Origin: Lingula anatina
Lineage: Eukaryota; Animalia; Brachiopoda
Assembly: GCA_051362555.1 (NCBI GenBank)
Contig: CM120641.1
Location: 9,362,001-9,426,000, forward strand
Direction of reading: 5' to 3'
DNA length: 64,000 nt
In this document: piece by piece, positions 12,550-24,751 of the stretch
Layout: each line of letters opens with the position of its first letter
How positions within the stretch are numbered: the first letter of the stretch is position 1
The notes under the pieces: generated by a model
Databases searched by the model: none
What the model was told of the DNA's origin: nothing
Seen by the model: the letters and a program-made list of their open reading frames with translations, nothing else
Made by a program: the position numbers and the translations under genes

Positions 12550-15500
12550 GGGGGGGGGGGTGCTTTCATTATGTCATGAGTAGTTTATTGATGAGGTTAG
12601 GGTACAGACCTCCTTCCCACTCTCCAACTGTCAGGTTCAGAATCTATTGAATATATTGAACAGTTTTTCCTCTCATTTTGCCAGCCAAAAATATCAATAA
12701 CATGTGCTGTGGGACGCAATAGAAAGCCACTGTTTACATAACATCAAAAAAGTTTTCATCCTGAGCAGGTGGCATTTTTCACAATGAACCATTTGAAAGG
12801 TAATTTCACTAATAATTTTGTTTTTCAGCCAGAGGAGACTCTCTCAGAAACCACAACAGAAAAAATGGATCCAAAACGCTTCAAAATATCCAGTTCTTCT
12901 CCCTCTACTACTGCCAGTGTCAGTCCTTCATGCCTGCAGCCAGTCTGCCAAACTGAACATGTCAGTGTGGGACCCAGGCCAGAGATGGCTCTTCCTAGCT
13001 CACAGCTGGAAGCTGAAGTATTGAAGAATCTGAAAAAAGAGCCAGTTCCTGATGAACATTCCATGACAGATGCTATTACACAGCCAATAAATCAGACCCA
13101 AGGAAGTATTGACATTCCATCAGGCCAGGTCCCTGTGAGGTCTTTCACTTCTCTCTCAGGAACAGAGTCTGAACCAAACCAATTGACCCCACAGCCAGGT
13201 GCAACCTCTGCACAGGAATATCACTGTATGGGAAAGGTAATTAAACCACAGAATAGTGATTGTGGTGTAGAAAATAGTATTGAACTACTGAAATCACCAC
13301 TGGCCCCAGGTCTGAGATAATACAGCTGGGACATTGAAATCTGGATCTCACTGGCCAGAAAGGTTATACAGTAATATATGAAGATTTCAATTTTAGGCAT
13401 TATTTACAAGATCTGCCTACTAGTGCCAGTATCTGTGTGCCCAGTGGGAAGCACAAGAATATCACACACTGAAATCTCTTAATTAAAACTATGTATATTG
13501 ATCCTACAAAATATGACCTAAGTTCATATAAATTGCACAGCAATGGTTTATTCATGCATTGGAGCATTTCCATTATAGAAAAAAGCAAGGCAATTTTGGG
13601 GTATGAATTGGGTTCTCAATGAGATAAATGTAAGATTTTGAAGAAGAGTTAAGGGTGCATTCTTGGCAATCTGTTTTAGTTCAAAACTTAAGAACACACT
13701 CAACAGACTGGGGAAAATAGACGACGATCATATTTAGAGGACAATTTCAACTGCAATATTTGATCAAAGGATTCCAGTCTAGAGCACTCTACCTCCACTA
13801 CAGAGATAGTGTCTGAGATAAAGAGTGATTAGAGAGGCTTTTTATATGAAGCAGTAAGAATCATTAGGTATGCTAACATGATACAGTTTGACTGGAAATG
13901 TCCCTTCTCAGTTTCTATTCAAATTTGGCTCAATGCTGAAATGGACTTACCAGTCTTTCCCAGAGATTTGTTTTCTATATTTACATGTCAGTTAATTTTA
14001 TTTCAAGGTACTTGAGATCTCATTAAAGGAGGAGGAACTGAGAAAACAAATGCAAGATGTAGATAAACATATTGAGAAGTGTGCTGTCATCTTAGAGAAA
14101 ACCAGGATTAAGATGGATGTCCTCAAGCAGAAAAAAGCTGAGGTAAAAGCATGTAAACAGTTTTGTGATGCATTATAGATTATCACAATTAAAGATCTCT
14201 CTTATAAAACCCTGCATGGATGTAACATATTTGATTGTGATTCTTGACTATGATAATTCTATCATGAAAGTGATGGCCTTCCGTAGGTTTGAAAAAATAT
14301 ATTTTGTTGATCAATATATTTTTTATCTTTTAAAGAGCTTCTTTTAATGTATCTTTTGTCGATATATTTTTCAGCTTCTTAAAGAAGAAGAAGAACTCAG
14401 AAACTGTAGGATGCATATTTTGCATGGGGCAGTACAGAACAGTAACAAAGGAACATCAGAGTCCAGTTTTTCCCTCACGAGTGTTACTCCCAGTGTCCTG
14501 GAGCAATCAGAAGCCCCCCTGTCTGGTCCTTGCTCCAGTACCATAGAAATAGACGTGAGTGTGATCAAATCTGAGCCTCCAGATGATAGCCACTGTGAAC
14601 CAGACACCAGTATGGAGCTAGGGTGGAATGTTTCTGCTGCTGACAGTTCTATTGGCCTTGGTGATCATGTGGACCAAACCAGCTCTGTCCTGTCAGTGTC
14701 ACAGCTCTCAGGAACTCAGCCACCTGCTGACAGGGATTGGAGTAAAAATTTAAGGAGGAAAAAGATGGAAAGTGACAAAGGTCAGAAGTTGAAGAATGAT
14801 CATTCAGAAGAAGTCGTCACCTCATCAACCACATTACCACTGTCGGAAATTGTAAAAAATAAGCAGATCACAGGTGAGAGCTGCAAGGATAGCCTTGACT
14901 TGAGTGGGACCAAGAGTGACACAAGCAAGGGGGGAAATTCAGAACTATCAAAAAAGAGGACCAAAAAGCAAGAGAAGAAAATGAAACAACTTGGTGGAAT
15001 TGGAAAAGTGGGTGAGGGCAACATGGCAGCTTCCACTGAAGCAACAGAACACTCCAACCTGCCGTACACTATGCAGTACATGGGAATTCTAGAAGAGAAC
15101 GAGGAGTTGTCCTTAGAAGAAATGGCTGTCAATTTTGCTGAGCAACAACATGCATCGTATTTATTTCTGGAAGAGTCTGATTTTGAAAAGCAGACAAATT
15201 GCTCCTTGTCAGACAGTGAAGTTCTCCACACAGCAGAGAGATTAGTGAACAATCCAATGGTGTCTTCTTGGAATACCAATGATTCTTTCCAAGATAATGT
15301 ACAGGACTCTAATTATGGAACTTTGTCCAGTAGCTCAGGGCTGTTATCTGGAAGTGAAGTTTTCAAGAAACCACCATCTCCTAAATTCTCTCCTAAATTA
15401 CCTAAAAAAAGGCAACAGGAGACAGTTGTGACCAGCCCGCAAGGCAAAAATAAAACCCGTCAGATTAGCCCGTCACGCTCTCCCAAGACCCGTAGTAAAA

Positions 15501-18500
15501 CCACTGAAAGTTCAAATAATCTGGATAGAATCACAGAGGTTTCATCAGAGGAAAATGCTGAAAACTCAAAAAGTAAGAGGAAGTGTAAAAAGAAAGTATC
15601 AGAAATTTACCCTGATCCTGCATCTCCTGTTAAGAAGAAACTAAAAACAAAACGTCAGAGAAATAGAACTTTATCAAAACCAGATGTATATGACATCAGT
15701 TCAGAGAGTGCACTAGAAGACACAGATCAAGAAATGGATAATGTTTCATCCAACTCTTATAGAAAAGTGAGAAAGGGAATGGATAAAAAGAAAAAAAGAG
15801 AAGAAACTGGCAATGATCCTATATATGTGGACTCGGAGTCAGACCAGTCCTCTGAGACAAATAGAGCAGGAACTAATCCTAGCAGCCAAGAAAAGAAAAA
15901 TATCAAAAAAAGGTGAGCAGGATTATTAATATTGGGCACTATTTTTTTTTTCTTATTCTATATTCATCAATATGGTGAGTATGAATTTTATGGTATTTAA
16001 TTATGTTACACTTAATAAATAATACTAAATTATTAAATATTAAATTATTAAAGCCTGCAGTAGTTGCAATAATGGCAAAATTATTACTACACTATAGTGC
16101 AGTTACTTGATTTCTCCACATTTTGGTAACTTGCAGGATGCATATTTGTCCAAAGAAAGCACAGCTAGTAAAGAATGCCATGGAAAGAAATATTAGGGCA
16201 CAAACTATGGACAAAACTGAGAAAGGTACCAGTCCAGATACCAGTGGAGTAATAGAGGGCACTTGCCACCAGTTTGTGGTCCACAGTGCTATCTCAGCCA
16301 TGCAGATCTTTGCAGGAAAACTGTATGCCGGATGTCAGGATGGTGTGAAAACTTTTGATCTACAGGTAAATAGGTGTGATTATTTCATTTCATTATTGTC
16401 CTGTGTAATTGTAATGTTTGTCTGCATTATGGAAAGGCAACGTATTCAGATTGCTCATCATTGCCTTGAAATAATTTGAACAAATTGAAAAGAACACACT
16501 CAGTATATGGCCAAGGTTTTGTTTGCTTTATATATCCATTTATTTATTTATTTTCATGTTTTATTATTTTTTGTGAGTGAAAGTAAATTTTGTTGCCCTG
16601 ACTTTTTCCTTTGCAATGTTTCTATTCCAGAGTGGTGAGGAGTTTCAGTTTTACAAGACCAGTTCCTCCAAGGTTCTCACCTCTCTCCATGTGACAGACT
16701 CTAGAACCAAGGTCCCTTTCCTTTATGTAGCACAGAGTGAGGTGCTGACTGTGTTTAATACCCAGGTAAGAGGCTGACAGAAGGTATATGATGTATACAT
16801 TCACTGGCAATGTCAGTCATTATATCAGATATATGGAGTAAATATTTGAAGTTTTTAGAATGTGTAGCCTGTAATTTTAATTGGACATACTCATATTGCT
16901 CAGTAAACTAAAATAGAATAATATTGATAATACAGAGAAGTTGAATGTACCAATACTTAGAACACAGATGTTGATATTGTGAGCTCTGTAAGAAAACGCA
17001 AGCAGTAATGTGAAAGGCATGTTTTATATGTTTAAGCAACTGTGTTGTTGAAGAGACCATTTTTCTATAAATCGAAACAATAGTGTTTGAAATAAAAATT
17101 AAATCTTGCCCTGTTGTTAATGTTACAATGAGCATATTTCAAATTGCTTTTTATTTAAAAGTAAGATTTCATCTACTTTTTTTTTTTTTTTTTTTTTTGT
17201 AACAATTTCAGTCTGGGAAGAAAAGAGAGGTTTCCTTTGATGGGAAAATCACATGTTTTTGTGAAGCTTGGAACTTCTTATACATCGGCTTGGACACTGG
17301 AGAAGTCAAGACCATCGACTTAAAGGTGAGAATGCTTAGTGCCAACAACCATACAAGGTCAAATGATCACAATGACCTTCAAAAGGATGTACCTTGTCCT
17401 GGATTTTAATTGTTTTGTTTTTCATCCCTTTCTCATCCCTTCTCCAATTTTGTAGATGTTTTTTTCACGCAAGTACTTTGCACTGGACTTGGTGATTTCA
17501 GCTTCTCTTGGTTTAACCTGATGATACATGTACATGCAAGTTATTAAGATTTATTTATATATATCTCTTTAGACTCAGAGACTGTCAGATTCCTTTGAGT
17601 TGGTGGACAAGGCAGTGAACAGCCTGTGTGGTGCCAGGGAGGGCTCCCGTCAGCTGCTGTGTGTGGCCTCCAGCGATGCTCTGGTCACAGTGAGAGATGC
17701 CAGGAGTGGACTACTGCTGAGGACACTCAGAGTGACCACAGGGTTACCTGTCTCACTGCAGGTAAGTCTGGATATCTGTCTCACTGCAGGTAAATCTGGA
17801 TACCTGTCCCACCACAGGGTAGTACACCAGTCATGGCATGCTGTCATAGTGAAATGTCACAAAAATTTCCTTTCTTTTGATGATGTAGTTCGTGGTGGAA
17901 ACAAATTTTAATGATGTAATTACTGTCTGGTGCAGAGATCAGTGATTAAACTTAAGTATTTCTCTTTTTCAGGAACACAACAATTACCTTTATTGTGGCA
18001 CGTCAAAGGGATCTGTGATTGTGTTTGATGTCCAGGTAAGGATGGCATCATTTACTTTATGCCAGTAAGCCATTGAGGTTATGCCACTGACGTTGTCGAA
18101 TATAAGAATCTGATGTTTGCATTTCTGTTGATGAAGATGTGTCAATGATCTGTAAAATGTTTTTTTTTTCTCACTTATAGAATGGAGAGGAATTACATAG
18201 GTTCCCAGATCAGGTAGGAGCTGTGTATCACCTGCTCATCAACAATGGCTTGATATACATAGGGGGCTATGAACATCTTCTCAGAGTTTTTGATATCAAG
18301 GTAAGACAATAACTGTTTATATTCATAAAATTTCAAATATGTTCTGTGTGGCAGGTATGAATGGTGCATGAGATACATTTGACTTACATAAATAATGCAA
18401 AACATGCTCTAGAAATAAATATGCAGTCTAATTATAAAACTGGAGTGATTTTGTTTTATTAAAATGTGTGGTGAAGATGTTTTTTATTTTCATTTATCTT

Positions 18501-19638
18501 ATATTCATTCTTATAATTTTAGACTCGTAAGTTTCTCCACCTGTATTATGGTGCTGGCAATGGTGTGGTCATTTCCTTGGCTGTGACTGATGACATGGTA
18601 GGTTGAATGTAGTCATTTTTGATGAACTGTTGAGCAGATATTTATTATTATGCCCACAAGGCAATCTTCATTATGTATGTAGCCTTTGGTCCTTTCTCTG
18701 TAATCTGGTTCAAATTTCTACTAGTCTACTTTTAAAATTTTGACAAAAAATTAATAAAAGTAGACTAGTAGTAGTGCTTTTTGTTGATCACATTGAGCTA
18801 TTTACATTTGTTTTGTGTTATGATTACAGCTGTACACAGGGACTAGAGAGGGAATAGTTGAAAGTGTCAAAGTTGATCCTCATACTACACACATGTGCAA
18901 GGTACAATCTTTAAATCACCAATTAGTTTAAATGTGCAGTCTAGAAATACTCTCCATGATCAGAGCAATATTGTTCCTAATTATTTGTGCAAAGTAAAAG
19001 ATACACAATTCATGATCCATCATTCATATTGGTTTGAAAACTTCTTTTTGAATCTTGAGAATATATAGATTTGTATTAAAAAAACACTTATATAGATTGG
19101 ATATGATCTATTTATGAAGTGAAATTCCAGTGATGGAATTCACCAATTTTAAACATTTTTGCAGAATATCTACAAATGTGCTTAGTGATGTAATATTTCT
19201 GTCCAGTTTTCTAGTTGCGAGTATCGTTTTGGCTGCCAGAAGCATGTATTACATCACCTGATGACAGATCATTTATATCCCAACCGGCCCATAGTATGCT
19301 GTCAATGGGAGGGCTGTACTGAGTGGATATCAGTCAGAAATGGAACAGAGGTAATAATTCAAGATTTTATATATGTATGCTATGAATAGTCACTGTTATG
19401 TCAATAGTCAAATGTTATGGCCAGCTGAAAGTGACAAATGTATTCTGCAATCCTATCCTATCTCAAACTTTTTTCATAGTTCAACTATGATGCTCTGAAT
19501 ACAAATTTTATTGATTACAGAGCACTGTTCATTACCTTATATTGTGTGTTATCACAAATTTGAAGTAATATTTAGCCTACAATTGTTTTATTTTTTCAGA
19601 AGGCATATGAACATTTTAAGGGCCATTTGGATCTGTGA
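8774..19638 (+). CDS. ZNF106: Zinc finger protein 106-like: N-terminal C2H2 fingers, long disordered region, coiled coil, WD40 repeats, C-terminal C2H2 fingers
   Basis: GT-AG exons in continuous frame: (19-68 putative), 8755-8869 (ATG 8774), 9376-9434, 9662-9808, 10031-12512, 12829-13236, 14008-14142, 14375-15912, 16137-16365, 16631-16765, 17212-17325, 17573-17761, 17973-18035, 18181-18300, 18523-18597, 18830-18901, 19207-19350, 19600-19638 (TGA). Motifs CDLC..HYWSLMHH, CSLC..HLNNDRH, LEISLKEEEL..RMHILHG and CKFSSCEYRFGCQKHVLHHLMTDH..CQWEGC match the ZNF106 architecture as I recall it. Confidence 0.85.
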
Positions 19639-20744
19639 ACAGGAGGGGTGTGAATTAGATCTGATTTTGTCAAAGACCAAGAAAAGATTTACATATGAGC
19701 ATTCGGCATATCTAGAAGAGTAAAATTTGGCAAACGTGTAGATCTGCAGAGATTCATACGATGAAGTAGGTGTTTTGCTTACCTCCTCATACAAAGTAAA
19801 TGATGCTGTGTGTGTTGCTCATGGTGCGTAATTAAGGACTACATAGCAATTGTATGCTTTGGTGCTTATGATACCTGATGTTTGTAATTGACATTTGGAT
19901 ATCATTTTCATGTTAAGAGGATTATGTGTGTCAGAGTATTTAAAATTTCCATTGTCATGGAAATGAAGTTTAGTGATTAAACCCATGTGCTGATTCAAGG
20001 ATATTAAAGATTGGAGGTGTTAAAATATGTTTTCTATTTGTTGACCGTTTGTGTGTGTACTTTTTTAAATCTAGACCAAAATGTCCATTTGTAAGCATCT
20101 TGTCTCAGTTTAGATTATTGCTCAAGAGTTATTTGGTAGGCATTTTGTATTTTGTCATGTCATCTTAAATCTGCTTGTGTAAAGATTGTTATTTTGTTTT
20201 TGTGTCTGCTGCTGATGGCTTATTTTGGCAGCTGTATTTTCAGTTATTTAGATACATGTATAGATATATTTTCTGTGTCAGTAGTATTTTGTGTCAGTAA
20301 TGCAATATGACACCTGTTCATCTTAATGCTAGAGGCTATAATGACGATAATAGAAATGTGTTGGCATTTGCTAGTAGATAACTTTCCCCAAGTCTTTATG
20401 GGGCCCTTGGGAAATGAGGAAGTGTCCTTTTTTTCCTTAAACAAAGTTTTATTTTATAATATTCTGTGATTTATGTAGTTGGATTAATGCAAGGTTGCAT
20501 TTCAGATTTAAGAAAATCGTAAGGCATTTGTTAAAATTCCTTTTTTTCAAGCTTAATTGTGAAAGTAATTGATAGCTAAGAATGTTTTTATTTATTTACA
20601 ATTCAAGTAATTGCAGTAAACACAAGGACTTTGTGATCAAGTTGATTGAATTTTTAAACTGCCATGTCGACCAAATAAATATTTTTCTAATGACTACAGA
20701 ATGCAGAATATTCATCATATTATCACCATGTTTGGTCACAACAC

Positions 20745-21030
20745 CAGATCTTTACCATATGGACCAAAAAAAAACTATCCCCCCCCCCCCACTTGCCTTT
20801 TATCATATTAGACAATAAAGTCATTTCAGACCCCCTCATCTTTATTATGTGAGACCATGAAATCCGCTCACTCACTCCCCTTTTATCACATTAGAACATG
20901 GAAGTCTGCTCACCCCGTCCCTATATAACCATAATCATTACGGGCCATGAAGCCTGTTCACTCCCCCTCCCCTTTATCATGTAAGGTGAAGTCGGCTCAC
21001 TCTCTCACCTTTAGCATATTAGACCATGAG
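20745..21030. repeat. Degenerate ~40-45-bp minisatellite (CCTTTTATCATATTAGACCATGAAGTC..CTCACTC)
   Basis: About 6 diverged copies are visible. Confidence 0.6.
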
Positions 21031-21530
21031 TCCATTCGGAACGGATGATCCTCGGATTTTCTGATCCACGAACTTAATATGGGCAACCTATCATTAAAGG
21101 TAGCCGCTTATAATCTGGTCTGAATGTGTATTAGAAAAAAAGGAAAATGAACACCCCGCCGCAACACTTTCAAAATCTATTCTGACGAGAAGCACAACAC
21201 ATATTTAAGTCTTGCATTAAATGTGACAAAGTTGAGAGAAAGATTAGTTCTATGTTGTGACTTTTCTTACTCGGCATCTTGAAGAAATTGGAGCATGTCG
21301 AACATTAAAAAAGCATTTATTGGGTTTAATTTGTTTAAATTAACTTCTCTCTCGAAAGACCTTGATTTAAAATCCTATTTGCGTCTGCTTGATGTAAACA
21401 GAACGTTCTTATTGAGGGAGCGCAAAAAATTAATGCAACAGTGAGATCCTAGATCTGTACGTTGGTGTATTATATACGAGCATAGTAGCCGGTTTCTGAT
21501 GTCCAAGTTTTTGACTTTGCAGATATCAGG

Positions 21531-23253
21531 ATGCTGTTCAGACAAAGCACAACGGGCCTGAGTTATGTTTTCATGTTGGTAGTTCTATTAGCAGCACGAA
21601 TGATTCCGTGTAGAAGTCAAAAGAAGTGTCCACTTTTTCAAATCTGTTTTGACAAGGTGTGTAGGCAGCCGACGAAAGCAGACGCAGCTAAGATTTTCCC
21701 GGGAATTTTGAGATCACCTGCAGACATAAGTGGCAAAGTAGTAAGTGGTGATGTGAGAGACATCTCTAGAATCGTGAGACCCTCTTGGATCCTGCAACCT
21801 AGGGGACCACAGGGACCCTCATCCAGTTCAAAAGGATATAAAAGGCCGTTGGCGGGGACGTATGGGAATCTGTTTTCAAGCTACGACCCCACACAACCAT
21901 ATCTGATGTCACGCCAATTGACCAAAAGGCAGTCTGATAACAATAAATGCTGCGAAGGGTTCGTATTTCATTTTTAAATGTTAATAAATATTATTATAAA
22001 CATTTTGTATGATACTTGTATAATTCAAACTTATTTCATGTGCTGTGGTGCCCTCCGATGTGGAAAGAAATCAACAGTAATTTTAAAGTGATATAAAACA
22101 GTTGTGCAACTGTAAAACAAAATCTGTTCGTCTCTGACGTGACGTTAGTCATTTCGTTGTATTTATTTATTCATTTAATTAATTTTTTTTTTTTTTTTGG
22201 GGGGGGGGGTGACCTTTAGATTGTTAAAGTGCTTATAATGATAAAGTGAACACGTGTTCCTGGCAAATTATATGACCTCTTGCATGTATGGTTGTTAAAC
22301 TATGACGATACGCGAATATACAGGGTAAGCCCCCCCCCTCCCAAAAAAAAAATCATAAAAATCTTATTAAATTCTACCAAGGTCCATAAAATTTCAAGAA
22401 ATATGCGGGACTTAAACTTCAATATGTGCATGATCATTCCCCAAAGTGTCAGTTATCTTGGTCGGTTTTCATAAAGTTTTTTTTATTTTAATATGCTCCA
22501 AATGGCCTCCACGGCATTGGAGGCACACTTGCATACGTCGCGAAAAAATTGTCAATTTCTCAAACACATTCCTCCTTCGGGATTTACCTCAGAGCCTGAT
22601 CAGCAGGAAGTTTGATAGACCTTTCGTAGGATTAAATAAAATTTTTATTGTTTTATTTTTAAGGGGGGGGGGGGGGGGGGAGGGTCACCCTGTATAATGA
22701 AAAACTGTATTGGTAGCATTTCAGTGAATTTCTGTCCAAGCGCCGACGAATCAGGGAACTTCTTCACGGAGATGGTGTCAGGAGAAATACTGACCTGGAA
22801 ACCTGTGCAAGACGGTGATTGCAACAGCTTACATCCAGACGGTCTTTTCCAAGTATTCCCAATTAAAATGTGCACGTACGTCAGCTTTCTTTTTTGAAAG
22901 TCGTTCAACAAATTCCATTTCTTCTAAATTTACCGCTGTAAATTATTGATTATATTGACACTAAAAAAGGGATTGAATTCTTGTAATTCTTTACATTTTT
23001 AATCGATATCAGTTATCAAACAGCATATTTTGACGTTTGGAATCAATCACCAAAAACAGATAGGCCTATCAGCATTCCTTTCTACCTTTATTTTAGATCT
23101 GCGACGGCGTGTGGAGCTTACATATGTATTCAAGAATTTCGGACATACAACGTATTAATGGAATGCTTTGGGACGAACTGCCCTTGTCAGCCGCTGCAGT
23201 TTAAACCTCTTGAATTCCCCAGCGCTTGTCTGTGCAGCAATGGAGCAGGTTGA
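21531..23253 (+). CDS. Secreted Spaetzle-like cystine-knot protein precursor, ~239 aa
   Basis: Exons 21531-21958, 22741-22875 and 23097-23253 are joined by two phase-2 GT-AG introns (720 nt). The product has a hydrophobic signal peptide, a prodomain, a KR site, then CC..W..Q.F.I.MC..C..CIQEFR..EFPSACLC. Confidence 0.75.
22321..22692 (-). mobile_element. Internally deleted Tc1/mariner element (MITE) in intron 1 of the cystine-knot gene
   Basis: TA|CAGGGT...ACCCTG|TA ends with ~75-bp imperfect TIRs. The minus strand at ~22490-22585 reads IPKEECV*EIDNF/SRRMQVCLQCRGGHLEHI, typical of a Tc1/mariner transposase C-terminus. Confidence 0.8.
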
Positions 23254-23612
23254 CCCCTCCCCAAGAAAAATTCGTTCAATTACCCAAGAAGAAATTAAAC
23301 TTTAATTTAAAGGGCTTGAAGACATAATATTAATTCATTTATACTAATTTTATTTTATTTTGTTTCTATTTAATTTACTTTTATTTTCAAATGACTGGAT
23401 ACCGATAGAGCAGGACGTGATGTCTTCAAAATAAACCGGATAATATAAACACTCTGAAATTATTAAATTGTCGAAATAAATATATTTATCTCCCTTTGAT
23501 ATGATATCTTCATTTTAAAAAAAAATGTCTAAGCGATAAAAATAATAATTCATGTTGCAATATTCTTTTTTTAAGATGGCAAAGAATTCCTTTAAGTAAG
23601 TAGACAAATCCA

Positions 23613-23975
23613 AATTTAAGCAAACATTTGGATATTCCCGCAGTGAATGTTTAAGTAAAAGGTTAGAATGAGATTTTTGGACCAAAAACCTCTGTGAGAC
23701 AGAGAACAGAATGTTAGACCATGGTCTAATGATCTTGAACAGATAATAGCTAATGATTATTCCTCCTGTATAATGACATTTTATTATAGTGTAATTTAAG
23801 CAAACATTTGGTTATTCCCGCAGTGAATGTTTAAGTAAAAGGTTAGAATGAGATTTTTGGACCAAAAACCTCTGTGAAACAGAGAACAGAATGTTAGACC
23901 ATGGTCTAATGATCTTGAACAGATAATAGCTAATGATTATTCCTCCTGTATAATGACATTTTATTATAGTGTAAT
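23613..23975. repeat. Near-perfect 180-bp tandem duplication (2 copies)
   Basis: The sequence at 23641-23760 is repeated at 23821-23940, with about 2 mismatches over the unit. Confidence 0.9.
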
Positions 23976-24751
23976 GTAGTGTCTTATTATGTCTTCTTAT
24001 ATATACATAATAAGACACTACTCTATCATGAAAGGTCATTATACAGTAGGAATAATCATTAGCTAATTATGTATATACCTGGCAAACTGTATATATTCTC
24101 CAGCGCATGCCGGTGTATAAGTTGCAACAGTTATCATTATAACTGCTCTGGTTGGCACAATGGTGTCACGCCACATTTGGTATGAAAATATTGTAAATGT
24201 GATTAGTATTTGATAACAAAAGAACAAAACCGAATCCCAGCGAAATAAAATTTCTAATTTTTAGTCACTGTGTAATGGAGACTGGTCTTAACGCTAAGTA
24301 AAATTTGGAATTCAAAACTCGAAAAAGTTTATAGATAGCAATTTTGATGAATCGCTGCTATTTCCAGGAAAGTTGATGTTTTGCTATATGAAGGTCTAAC
24401 CCGCATTGTATGCCATTGTGTTGATTTTGTATTGTTCAAGCAAGAAGTAAAATGATTCATATCTTTTCTGTATCTGTATTTTATCGATTTAGTAATAAAT
24501 AATAAAATAAAACTCAATATATGTTCATTTATGATAAAAAATGGCCCCTCTCAAATCATATGTGGAGATCAGTTTTTGATACAGGAACTATTCCTTGGTT
24601 CATATCGTACTCAAATACTATCATTTATTCTTTGCACATCCCGGCTCAATATGCCCAGTAATGTCAATAGCATTTTGATTTTAACATGGCCATAAAAAGC
24701 GAAGATCGTTTGTTTGATATATATCTCAAAGCTCATCATAATATACATGTG

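Noticed and set aside
12513-12650. Poly-Phe/Gly tail of the 877-aa ORF
   Set aside because: Read-through into an intron: GTGAGT donor at 12513 followed by T/G homopolymers.
10126-15279. Antisense and alternative-frame ORFs over the large ZNF106 exons
   Set aside because: Shadows of the real coding frame with no independent support.
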